A DNA stretch of 64,000 bases from Octopus vulgaris (taxonomy: Eukaryota). The translations under genes were made by a program, and so were the position numbers. Under the pieces are notes generated by a model. That model was given only the letters and a program-made list of their open reading frames with translations. It made no database searches and was not told the origin of the DNA. The stretch is taken from positions 15,500,001 to 15,564,000 of the forward strand of contig OX597842.1 in the NCBI GenBank assembly GCA_951406725.2. The letters run 5' to 3'. Shown here one piece after another: positions 13,145-40,859 of the stretch. The number at the start of each line of letters is the position of its first letter. Within the stretch, counting starts at the first letter, position 1.

Positions 13145-13308
13145 TACAACAGGCTTCTTTCAGTTTCCGTCTACCAAATCCACTCACAAGTTATTGGTCG
13201 GCCAGGGGCTATAGCAGAAGTCACTCGCCCAAGATGCCACGCAGTGGGACTGAACCCGGGACCATGTGGTTGGATAGCAAGCTACTTACCACACAGCCAC
13301 TGCTGCGC
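12877..13308 (-). mobile_element. Full-length Octopus-type tRNA-derived CORE SINE
   Basis: The minus strand begins GCGCAGCAGTGGCTGTGTGG (A box) ... GGTTCAGTCCC (B box), then a CORE-like segment, an internal (TA)/(TG) microsatellite and the tail GACTGAAACAAGTAAAAGAG. Related copies or fragments: 15170-15298, 31742-32206, 33370-33498, 36120-36195, 39760-40150 (+), 40330-40500, 44130-44240, 47438-47600. Confidence 0.9.
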
Positions 13309-13336
13309 ATATATATGTATATATGTCTGTAATTCC

Positions 13337-13760
13337 TTGGTGATCTAAACGAATAGATACGCTGACAAAGTGCTATATTCGATTATCCGTAACGTTCCAA
13401 CTTCACATCTGAGGCTGGAACTAGGGATCCGTGTTAGGCGTCTGAGTTAGCTGGTCTATATTAATTAAAAGAAAAAGGACAACACAAATCAAGGCAGCGA
13501 GGGTATCTCAAGTACTTCATCGAAGTGCGAACTTACGTCCCTACCCTCTGGAAAAGGATGTGCTGTGAACATTAAACCCCTCTCTGTATTCTTCTATCTA
13601 TCGATATTCTTCTATTTCCCATTTCATGCCTTTTAACTTATGAAATTCCCTGTCTAGATCTTTCACAATTAGTCGTATAGTCTTTGATGTTGGAATACTC
13701 TGTGTACGCACATGCTAGCCTATCACATGGGATATCCTAGAAACGACTGGAGAACTTCAA
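13337..13760. repeat. Dispersed repeat family with a Penelope-type hammerhead-like remnant
   Basis: The block GATCTAAACGAA...GAGGCTGGA.CTAGGGA.CCGT...GGACAACA recurs at 13337, 18610, 32237, 36378 and 38100. The associated GGGATATCC...GAAAC motif is described in the findings. Confidence 0.7.
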
Positions 13761-13905
13761 ATTAAATATTGTAAATGACTTGAGATATTCTTCCTGCCTT
13801 CGATTTATATTCTCCGTTTCCCTTTAAATAATATACAAATACACACATACACATATATGTATATGTATATATATGTGTATATATATATATATATATTTAT
13901 ATATG

Positions 13906-13947
<42 letters not shown>

Positions 13948-13968
13948 CAGACAGAGACAGACAGAGAG

Positions 13969-14009
<41 letters not shown>

Positions 14010-14616
14010 CAATATAGGGTGGCAAAAAAATTTTGTAGAATTCTTTTGCCACCAGCGGCCTAGTAGGAAAAAATTAAATAGTCATAAACCATTTTTACGT
14101 TCAACATCACAATCAAGGAACGGCCATAATAGGCCATTCACCCACTAGAAATAACAGCCAAAAGCTTTAACCGCAAAATAACATTAATACCGTAAACCAG
14201 GAGAAAATTGAAAAACATTTACCCTGTAATTTCTTGTACGATGTACCGTTTCATCTACCGTTTAATGGTAAACTAACCTGATTAAATTAAATCAAGCCAA
14301 TCCACCATAGGCCCTTAGACTCATCAGTAAGAAATAGCCAAATCGGAACAGATATTTTTCACGAGGCATTCCTCTTGCTACCTCGGCAATATCTGACCTA
14401 AAATTTTCAAATCGTCTCACTCGCGCCAAATTTATCGGCAGCAAATAAATATAAGCCACCGATTCCTTTACGGAACTAACCAGAAAATTCATAATTAATC
14501 AATATAGGGTGGCAAAAAAATTTTGTAGAATTCTTTTGCCACCCGCGGCTTTGCGGTTAAAGCTTTTGGCTGTTATTTCTAGTGGGTGAATGGCCTATTA
14601 TGGCCGTTCCTTGATT

Positions 14617-14656
<40 letters not shown>

Positions 14657-14664
14657 TATATATT

Positions 14665-14920
14665 TAAATAAGAGGCGCAGGCAACAGGTTCCTTGGCCAC
14701 ATACCGAAAATTAAGAAATAGCAGTGAAGACTGTTTATTTCTATTATCTACAAATGGGGCTCCACACACGTTATTTATTCCTTCTGTTTTGCATATGTGA
14801 ATTACAGGGATGTCGTGTGTGGAGTCCCAGATGCAGATAATAGAAATAAACAGTCTTGACTACTATTTCTAAGTTTTTCGGTATGCGGCCTAGCAACCTG
14901 TTGCCTGCGCCTCTTATTTA
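14665..14920. mobile_element. Foldback MITE (~105 bp arms) inserted in (TA)n
   Basis: TAAATAAGAGGCGCAGGCAACAGGT ... ACCTGTTGCCTGCGCCTCTTATTTA. The arms stay imperfectly complementary inward to CTCCACACACG / CGTGTGTGGAG. The paralogue is at 32881-33137. Confidence 0.85.
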
Positions 14921-15044
14921 TATAAAATAAATATACTGAACTTTACAGAAGTTCCTGCCGGTAATCGGCTATATTTACATACCGAATTCTACCAGTAAAT
15001 AATTGTTGGTTTTTTTAAAAACCATTATAGAAATTATTTACTCT

Positions 15045-15127
<83 letters not shown>

Positions 15128-16908
15128 TATATATGTATATATATATATGTATATATATACTCCCTTTCACTCTCTTTTACTTGTTTCAGTCATATGACTG
15201 CGGCCATGCTGGAGCACCGCCTTTTAGTCGAGCAAGTCCCAACGCAGTGGAACTGTACCCGGAACCATGTGTTTAGTTAGCAAGCTACTTACCACACAAT
15301 GCGAGTAACTTAGCATATAAGAGGAGAGAATGAATAATTAGAAGGCTTCACACCAGGGTTGCCAATTTAGCATATTTATGATAGATCTAGCATTATTTTT
15401 TCACCATTTAGCAGAAAGTTTTTGAATTCAGCATTTAGCTGGAAAAATAGTAGATTTAAAATTTTATTAAGAATTTTTCTCTGATCATGACATTATCTCA
15501 ATAGGTACCCTTTTTTCATCTTTTTCTTCGTTTTCTACTTTCGTTAAATTATCTTATAGCCAAATTTTAGTAAAAACGGCTACTATTGAAATTTTTGTTT
15601 TCACTTTCTTGAAGATTCAAATGAAAATTTTTCATAATGATCTTTATCAAGTTATGAACTTTTCCAGCTCCTCCGCCTCCACCAGTGGTACATACATATT
15701 TCAGAATATTATCTTTAGAAATACGTGGTGTAGATGGCATCGAAGATGTTTTAATAATTTAATTAGTGAAAACGAAATTAGATATAACACTTTTACTGGC
15801 TATAGGAACCAACTAGGCTAGAGTAATGATAGGAATCAACAATGGTGTTTTCCAGAAATTAAAAGAAGTTCCCTCATTACTTCTATTTAGAAGGTAATGT
15901 CATTCTTTACAGTTGGCAGTATCCCACACTTGTACTGAAATTTAGCATAAAATTATGATTTTAAGTTGGTTAGACTGCTTCAAACACATACGGTATTCAG
16001 TTTCATAGAGTAAAACAATTCACATTGCTGCAGCAATAAGCTTCAGGGTCACTGTTCAGATATTCTACACACGAATCCCTTTCCTCTCGCTAGCCATCGC
16101 CTCTTTCCGAGAAAGATACAACATTGTCAAAGATAGACATATTTTTAAACAGGCAGTTAAAGATGAATCTCATCTCTTGTGTGATGGTGACGCACGTTTA
16201 CGACAGTTCCGAGATAAAAAGATGGGGAAAACACAAATAAAAATATATTCATATACACATAAATTTAATAATAATAATATGTATGTGTGTACTTTTATAT
16301 ACACACACATTCATACACACCGGAAAAGATGTCCGGCAGAATATGGCTGGATGACCACATAAGGGTTTGTACCAAACTTTGTCATTGAAATCTCTACAAA
16401 TACCCGAATAGGGCGCAACTGCATAGTGACAAAGTGGTCACATTCATATATACACACAAAGATATTCATACACCCACACGTCTATGTGTATGAGTGTGTG
16501 TTTGTGTGTGAGTATGTGTGAGGCGGATATTTGTTGGGTGTAACCAGGATGTTAAGCAGAAAAGTCACTAATTTCATTTGCTCTCAAATGCAATCAAGTT
16601 TACAAAGGTTTATATAGTGTATGCTCTTTTACAATTATATAATGCCTATGCATATGTATGTACGAACACACACGCACATATTTGCGAATGTGTGTGTGTT
16701 TATATGTGTCTATATGTGGGATGGTCACCATATTGATAAAATACAAAAGATATTCACAATTGTGCAATGAATTACGTCTCAAACATATCGAAATACCCAA
16801 GCATATATTCTATTCAACAACGAGTGTTGCAGTAGGAGTTGAGGCGTGAATTCAAAAGGATTATATATCATAATCATTGCGACAGTATGTATATTTATAC
16901 ATGTATAT

Positions 16909-16967
<59 letters not shown>

Positions 16968-17015
16968 TAGGAGTTGAGACGTGAATGCCAAAGGATAATA
17001 TATTATATCATTGCG

Positions 17016-17253
<238 letters not shown>

Positions 17254-17455
17254 TACCTTACGTCGAACCATTGATCCCTACCCCTATTTTTAACCCTGTC
17301 CTTTTCTTTTCGTTCTCGCTCCATTTACTCCTCTCAACCTTTTCTGTCGAAGAGCGTAGGCTCGACACGTCATAGGTTTTTCCATTCTTCCCAAATTAAA
17401 GCATTTTATTGTTCTTCCCTCACCTCCTTTCGACTTTTGTTTCATGTAAATTTGA

Positions 17456-17516
<61 letters not shown>

Positions 17517-17739
17517 GTATGTATGTATGTATGTATGTATGTATGCATGTATGTATGTATGTGTGCATGTAGGTATGTAGGTATGTATGTATGTATTTAT
17601 ACTTCATGTTTCATCTGCAGAAAAATAAGCACGTATACACAAATACACAGGTATAAGCATATATACACAAATACACAATGGAGGTGCCCCAGCATGGCCA
17701 CAGCTCATAAGCTGAAACTGGAAAAATCAAAATCAAAAT

Positions 17740-17788
<49 letters not shown>

Positions 17789-18238
17789 TTGTGTGACACT
17801 GAACGTAGCTCGAATATCTGGAAATCTCCCCAAGTCGAATTATTAGTTTTCCCCACAGTGTGTATATACTTCCGGTACAATGGTCATGGGATTAGGATGT
17901 TTACGAAATGAGGTGCAAAAGGGATTCCTCAACCCGAACCAATCGACAGGCTCTATAGAGGTAGACCAACAACGAGTTGTTTGGAGAATATTAGTTTGCC
18001 AATCAAGGGAATCCAGCCGGAAAGTGTAATGGCGGTGCCTTCTGATTGGAACATGTGGAGGAGATGACTCTAGACTCTACACACACGACCGTACCAGGAA
18101 TATTGGACATAGATTGATACTTGCATATATACAGGTGTACAAATGTAATTGTGTGTGCGTGGGAGTGTAAGTTGTGTAATTAAATGAGGCAGCTAGTTAG
18201 CAGAGTTTCACCTAAAAGGAAAACAATAAACGTTATTT

Positions 18239-18519
18239 AATATGACTGAAGGTGTTAGAACACCTAAACTGCTAGAAATAAGAGCTAAATGGCTCTGTTG
18301 CTGCTTTCAACGCACATATATACCGATCTACATATATACATATAAACCGGTGTAGAGATGAAACCGTACGGTATAGAGGTGTCAGTAGTTGTCACTCGCT
18401 GTCATCTACAGTAGCCGCTGGCATGTATGTATTAAATTATATGTGAGTTGACAGCAGCAACAGAGCTATTTAGCTCTTATTTCTAGCGGCATAGGTATTG
18501 TAACACCTTCAGTCATATT
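18239..18519. mobile_element. Palindromic MITE-like element
   Basis: AATATGACTGAAGGTGTTA...GCTAGAAATAAGAGCTAAAT.GCTCTGTTGCTGCT is mirrored by AGCAGCAACAGAGCTATTTAGCTCTTATTTCTAGC...TAACACCTTCAGTCATATT. The paralogue at ~35810-36055 lacks the outer right end. Confidence 0.8.
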
Positions 18520-18936
18520 GAATGATACTTCATATATATATATATATATATATATCCGTGTGTATACAGAATATTTATACAGAATATTCACTAAGGGTGT
18601 TTAGTTCACTGATGATCTAAACGAACAGGTACGCTGATTAATTGTTATAATTGGTCATCCGTTAGGTACCACGTTCATAGTTGAGGCTGGATCTAGGGAC
18701 CCGTATTAGGCTTCCGATTCAGCAGGTATATATTAGAGGAAAAAGGACAACAAAACCAAAACTGGACGAGTATGTCAGGTCATTTAAAATATTTAATTAA
18801 AGCAAGGTGAATGTGAAGTAATTAAGCAATTAAATAGTTAAGTATTTAACTATTGGATGCCGTACAGCTGTTTCTGGGATATCCCAAGTGATTGGCTAGC
18901 GTGACCGTACATCAAAGACAAGGTGAGTACATATGA

Positions 18937-21545
18937 ATGTGCGAGACATTTCAGCGGCACTTTGCCCGACTGTACGGGACGAGTGGTGAGCGTGAATGCA
19001 GGGTGGACTTCAGTGCCTACCTGCACAGCCTACCACGACTCTCGGCAAGAGAGGCAGAGTGCTGCGAAGCTGCCATCACGGCGGCGGATGTGCAGGACGC
19101 GATGGCAGAATGCTCGAGAGACAAATCGCCGGGTTTGGATGGTCTGCCCTACGAGTTTTACAATTGTATGTCAGACTTGTTTGGAGACGTCTTGGCAGCG
19201 GTATACTGCAACTGGCAGCAAAACGGGAGCATACCCGATTTTGTGAGTCGAGGAGCTGTAACTCTGCTGAAGAAAGATCCAAACAAGGGGAACATTATAG
19301 ATAACTTTAGACCAATCACTTTGCTCAATGCAGACCTGAAAATTTTGAGGTGTTAGCCAAGAGGTTGGCGCTTGTCATCGAGAAACTGGTCGACAACGCA
19401 CAAACGTGCGCCGTGCCGGGCCGGAGCATCCATGACAACCTCCATCTGATGCGCTACATCATAGACAGAGTAGTTATGGAACCTGGCATGGGTGGGGCCC
19501 TGATCAACTTGGATCAATCGAAAGCCTTCGATAGGGTAGACCATCGATACTTGGAGGCAGTCCTGAGAGCGGCTGGTTTCGGTCCCGTCTTCCGCGGCTG
19601 GATAGCTGCCTTGTACAGAGGCATCCGTTCGTTAATTCGCGTAAATGGACATCTATCGAGACCTTTCGACATTGCACGTTCGGTCCGTCAGGGATGCCCC
19701 CTCTCGGCGCTTCTATACGTATTGACTCTTGAGCCACTACTGCGGAAGCTGGCGACTCTGAGGGGCATCCCGCGAGAATTAGGATGCGGGACGAGAGTGT
19801 CTGCATACGCGGACGCTGTCACCGTCATAGTGTCAAGCCACGCGCACATCGAGCGGGTCGGCGAGACACTGAAAGACTACGACGCGGTGACAGGAGCGAA
19901 AATCAACCGGGAAAAGTCAGTGGGCTTGCGGCTCGGCACTTGGAGAAGCAAGCCCATGCCGTCCACCAGTACCTCCGTCGTGGGACGCTGGACAGACGGC
20001 CCGGTCAAGTTGCTCGGGGTCTGGTTCGGTCCGGACCTCCAAGTGGAGAACAACTGGAACGAGATAACGAGTAGGGTGGTCACTCTCGTCCAGCAATGGG
20101 CCGAGAGGAAACTGTCCCTAAAAGGTCGAGCGGAGGTGGCGAACGCGTACATCGCGTCCATCATCTACTACCGCCTGACCGTCGTACCTTGTCCCGACCC
20201 TACCATAACCAAACTAGAACGCATTCTCTTCCGCTTCTTGTGGAAAGGATGCGTCCCGATGGTCAGGCGATCCATTTGCTGTCAACACCCGTTAAAAGGA
20301 GGGCTGGGCATGCCGTGGTTGATGATGCGCAGACACGCGCTGAGACTGCGACATCTCTGGCTCTATGTAGACGACGGTGAACAGGTGTGGTCGCCGTTTG
20401 TGAGGCACGTTTTCCCGCAGCTCGTCTCCATGACCGAACTGCAGTCGTGGATCAAAAAGAGGCCGAGGAAGGGCGAATGGCACCGCGAGTGTCACGTTGC
20501 TCTCAAGCAACTCTGCCGTCCCGGGTCGACCTTGAGTGACTTCAACACAACCAAAGCATTCTATAGGGGATTAGTGGAGGGGAGGTGCGACGACGATCTT
20601 GGGGCTAACCTGGGCGTCGACGAGGAATACCTGACCCGCCTGTTTCAAACGACTTTCGCCCCGGGACCTATGGATAACTTCCAGAGATCCCTGGCCTGGC
20701 GGTGCTACCGAGAAGCGCTACCCGTTCGGGATAAGCTCTATAGGCATGGCTCGAGAAACACGGGGCCGACCTGCCCGAGATGCGGGCAGAGCGACGAAAC
20801 CGCTCTGCACGCAATCGTGCAGTGTCCAGCAATTTCAGACCTGTGGACTTATGTCGAACGACTGCTGTCACGTGTGGGACGTGTCGGTTTATCAGCCGAG
20901 TCTATCGTTAATATCGTCACGCCTCCTTCCTTCAAACGGGAAGGAAGAGCTATTTTTATCATACTTGTGGCTATGGCGAAAGAATGTATCTGGTGGACGC
21001 GCCTGAACGGATTAGAGACAAACACTTTCCTCTCTGGTCAATCTCTCGTCAACTTCTTCAAATATCACTTTAAGAGGAAAGTGAGAGTAGAGAGGCAAGT
21101 TTTATCTAGTGAATGTTTTAAAAAAAGATGGGTGAATGTAGCAAGAATGGCACGTATGAATGACGAAGCCACCTTGACTATGATTTTATGAACCGTAAAA
21201 ATGAATACAGAGAGTTGCTTATTTGCAAAAAAAAAAAAAAAAGAAATATAACATGTGACTTCATTGACCGAGGTTACCGTGGTTTTTCCGTAGGCTTTTC
21301 TTTCCACGGGTAAACCTCACCTGTCCTCCCCTTTACACTTCATATTGACATTTCTGTGATAACGATCCCTATTGATCAATTTTTTTTTCCTCTCCCCCTG
21401 TTTTTTTACCCCCCCCTTTTTTGTCCTCTTTCTCTCCTTTTACGATCCCTTTTGATCGACCCCCCCTTTTTTTAAACCCGCAAAAGAAAAGCTCTACCTT
21501 GTAATTTGTTCTATCTGTGTGCAGCCCTGTGTGGCTAATAAAGAA
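18937..21545 (+). mobile_element. 5'-truncated L1/Tx1-clade non-LTR retrotransposon (RT + C-terminal zinc knuckle), inactivated
   Basis: ORFs 18937-19356 (KSPGLDGLPYEFY, NFRPITLLNADLKIL) and 19350-21191 (LDQSKAFDRVDH, VRQGCPLS, YADA in place of YADD, CPRC..ETALHAIVQC) are joined by a frameshift at ~19350. A 3'UTR with AATAAA (~21537) follows. The endonuclease domain is absent. Confidence 0.93.
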
Positions 21546-21561
21546 ACATATCTCTCTCCCG

Positions 21562-21602
<41 letters not shown>

Positions 21603-21736
21603 AGTAGAGAGATAGAAAGATTGAGAGAGAGAGACATACAGATAGAAATAATTATAGATAATAATAACAACAACAACAGCAACAACACCACCACCACCAC
21701 CACCAACAATAATAATATTCATAGTTTAGGATATTC

Positions 21737-21788
<52 letters not shown>

Positions 21789-21836
21789 TTCAAAATGTAA
21801 CCACATGTGAATCGCTTCTGTTTCTGAAGAAAAATC

Positions 21837-36709
<14,873 letters not shown>

Positions 36710-36946
36710 TCTACACAGGGAATTCACGGTTTATAAGAAATAAAATACCAGAGAGAAGAATAAAGAGTAAAACTGTAGGTAGAAGAATACAGATAGTAGT
36801 GTAACGTTCACAACTCATCTTCTTGCGGTATGGAGGTTGGTTCGTACTTCCGTGAAGATATAGGCACTTAAGTATAATTCAAGGTAAATCCATATGGTAT
36901 TTTGGCAATATATTAGTGTGTGTATGTATATATGTATGTAAACATG

Positions 36947-36991
<45 letters not shown>

Positions 36992-37183
36992 GTATATACA
37001 AAAATACATATGTATATATGTATATATTTATACATATATACATACATACATAGACAGATATCGATATATATATATATATATACATAAATACATATCTTTA
37101 TATACGTATATACATAAATACATATGTATATAAGTATATATTTATACATACATACATACATAGGTAGGTAGATAGATAGATAT

Positions 37184-37237
<54 letters not shown>

Positions 37238-37257
37238 TGATAGTTAGATTGATAGAC

Positions 37258-37320
<63 letters not shown>

Positions 37321-37997
37321 GAGAGAGATAGGTAGATAGGTACATAAATACATACACCCACATATATACATGTATACATATGTTTGTGTAAAGCAGGAGG
37401 TTAATTGTGTGTAAGCAAGATGTAAAGAAAGAGTTTGAAAGATTTTACTATTTCGTTTGTTCTCTAATACAATAAAGGTTAGATGCGTGTATGTTATGTA
37501 TACACAAACTGCGTCATGGCAACTACACACAAACACTTACACATACACACAGATATACATACAAACTCTCACACGTACACACATACATACATACATATAT
37601 ACATATATACATACATACATACATACATACATACATACATACATACATACATACATTCATGCATACAGAAATTCATACATACGTATGTGTATGTGGTTGG
37701 TCGATGTATTGATAAAATACAAAAGACAGTCGCAATTGCATAAAAGAAAATTATGACTCAAAAATATCAAACTTTTAAAGTAAATGTTTTTTTGAGCAAG
37801 AAGAGTTGCGGTGGGAGTTAAGGAGTGAATCTAAAAGGAAGAGTAAAATGAATAACAAAAAATCCCACTCATAACATTACAATTTGGGGTTAATAGATTG
37901 GGGAAGATTATTTACGTAGTTGTTACTAGGGATAAATATGAAATTCGACAGCACTTCTTAAAAAAAATACATGTATACGCATGCATATATATATATA

Positions 37998-38059
<62 letters not shown>

Positions 38060-39362
38060 GAGAGAGAGAGAGAGAGAGAGAGCATATAGTGTATAGTTCG
38101 TAAACGAATAGCTACGCGGTATAAGTGCTATAATTGGTCATCCGTTAGGTTCCATGTTCACTGCTGAGGTTGGAGCTAGGGATCCGTAGTAGGCTTCCGA
38201 GTTAGCTGTTATATATTAAATTCAAATGGACAACAAAACCGAGGCAGGACGAGTATCTCAGGTCATACAGAATTTTTAATTTGAATAAGGTGAAGTAGAA
38301 GTAATTAATACCTTACAGCTGTTTTAGGGATATCCCACATGACGGGACAGCATCATAGTATTCTGTCATCGGAGACAAGGTGCGTATTTTAGAAAGTTCC
38401 AGACAGGGAATTCACGGTGAATAAAAGAATAAAGCTGTAGGCAGAAGAATAAAGACAGGAGAATAAAGTTCACAGCTCGTCTTGTTCTGGAGTGTATGGA
38501 GATTAGTCCGTACTTCCGTGAAGGTATAGGTCCTTAAGTATAATGCCAGATAAATCCTGACAGTATTTTGAATGTTGCGTTCAGATTGAAGGAATAGATT
38601 TAGTGGTTAGGTTGTAGGAAAATGGGCCACGTGAAGGTATAGTGTGAGAGAGAGAGAGAGAGAGAGACAGATCAGAGAGAAGAGGGTTGTGAGTGAAGAA
38701 AGAAAAGAAAGAAAAGAAAGGAAGAGGATAAGTGTTGAAAAGAATGAGAGTGAAAGTAAAAACAAAAATGAGAAATGAAAAATAAAAATAAGGATAAAGA
38801 TAAGAGGTAAGAGACCTGAATTATTCTTGGTCAGGGTTGAGGAGCCAGTTTTGGTAAAGTGGAGAAGCGGGGTAATTAATTAGATGGATTCTAGTGTCAG
38901 CATAGTGAGAAAGGATATCTAACTTTAGTTTAGTGGTCAGTAAGGAGAAATAAAATGTTAGAAACAGATTCGTAAGTTAAGAGAATGCTTTGAAAATTAA
39001 CAGTGAAAAATTAAGAGCTAAAAATTAAAAAGTAACGATTAAAAAGATTATTTCTGCTTGTGAACTTTTAAGAAAGATTGAAAGATTCATAGATGCAAGG
39101 AAAAGAAAAGAACTGAAGTTAAATATTGTTTGTGACCACGCGGAACCTAGAATTCATTCTATTTAATTAATAGCCATTAATTCTATAATTTTCGTTGCTT
39201 TTGCAATGGATGTTGACAATGTTGCAAAAGCAAAGAAAATTTTAGAAGAAAAATTATAAATAATGAATGAGTGGAAATCAAACCTGTGTGTGTGTTAGAA
39301 TATAAGGTATCAAAACAATACGATTCATCTGGACACGACAGTATACACACACATACACACAC

Positions 39363-39443
<81 letters not shown>

Positions 39444-39879
39444 GACAGACAGACAGAGACAGACATAAGGAAAATAAGATAAGGTAGAAAATGCAAATAA
39501 TATCTTTATCATGAAATACATTTGGTAACGGGTAGCACCGCTTTCTGTCTTTTCGATTTTTTCAGCTAAGTGTAAAAATAGGTGAATATTAATCAAGAAA
39601 GCCAATTAAATCGAAGAAAAATTAAATGAAATGTTTTGCAAATAGTTTCATAATCTTCAAATAGGTAAGACATTTCCTTTTTTCTCTCACTTTCTCTTCA
39701 TTTAATTTAATTTTTGCTTCGATTTAATTTTTCTTCTTCTTAATTTATACCCTACCAACACATGTTTCCGGGTTCAGTCCCACTGCGTTGCACCTTGGGC
39801 AAGTGTCTTCTACTATAGCCTCGTTCCGACCAGGGCCTTGTGAGTGGATTTGGTGGACGTAAACTGAAAGAAGCCTGCC

Positions 39880-39962
<83 letters not shown>

Positions 39963-40517
39963 TGTTTGTACCTCCAACATCGATTGACAACCGATAATGG
40001 TGTGTTTTCGTCCCCGTAACTTAGTGGTTCGGCAAAAGAAACTGATAGAATAAGTACTAGGCTAACAAAGGTCAATTGCTGGGATCGATTTGCTCAACTA
40101 AAAGAGGTGCTCCAGCACGGCCGCAACCAAATGACTGAAACAATTTAAAGAATAAGAGAACCTTTATTTTACTCTTAGTAAAATATGTCGAAAAGACAGA
40201 AACAAGTACTAACTGTTACAAAATGAATTTCATGATAACATTTTTTTAGAATTTTCTTCGTTGTCTTATTTTCCTTGAACACATCAACTCGTGTGTCACT
40301 TTACAACGTTATACATATATATTCTTTTATTCTTTTACTTGTTTCAGCCATTTGTCAGCGACCAGGTTGGAGCACCGGCTTAAGTTAAACAAATTGACCC
40401 TAGGGTTTATGCTTTCTAATCCTAGTACTTATTCTATCGGGTCTTTTGCCGAACCGCTAAGTTACGGGGACGTAAACACACTTAGATCGGTGGCAAGCGA
40501 TGATGGATACACAAATA

Positions 40518-40623
40518 CATACATACAGGCATACATATGTACATATATATTCATACAGATATATATATATATATATATATATACAAACATACAGGCATAC
40601 ATATGTACATATATGTTCATACA

Positions 40624-40654
<31 letters not shown>

Positions 40655-40690
40655 ACATACAGGCATACATATGTACATATATATTCATAC

Positions 40691-40723
<33 letters not shown>

Positions 40724-40760
40724 AACATACAGGCATACATATGTACATATATATTCATAC

Positions 40761-40798
<38 letters not shown>
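40518..40798. repeat. Minisatellite, ~4 units of ~68-70 bp each containing (TA)n
   Basis: The unit ACAAACATACAGGCATACATATGTACATATAT.TTCATACAGA(TA)n is repeated. Confidence 0.92.
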
Positions 40799-40858
<60 letters not shown>

Positions 40859-40859
40859 T

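Noticed and set aside
13230-13308. tRNA-like A/B boxes (also ~47530-47600 and 59890-59957)
   Set aside because: They continue into SINE bodies and tails, and no full cloverleaf is evident, so they are not tRNA genes.
15354-15925. CAGGGTTGCCAA, a hAT-like terminal sequence
   Set aside because: No convincing matching right-hand TIR or 8-bp TSD was found.
40518-40798. Regularly spaced repeats superficially like a CRISPR array
   Set aside because: The spacers are (TA)n rather than unique sequence, there are no cas genes, and the context is eukaryotic; it is a minisatellite.
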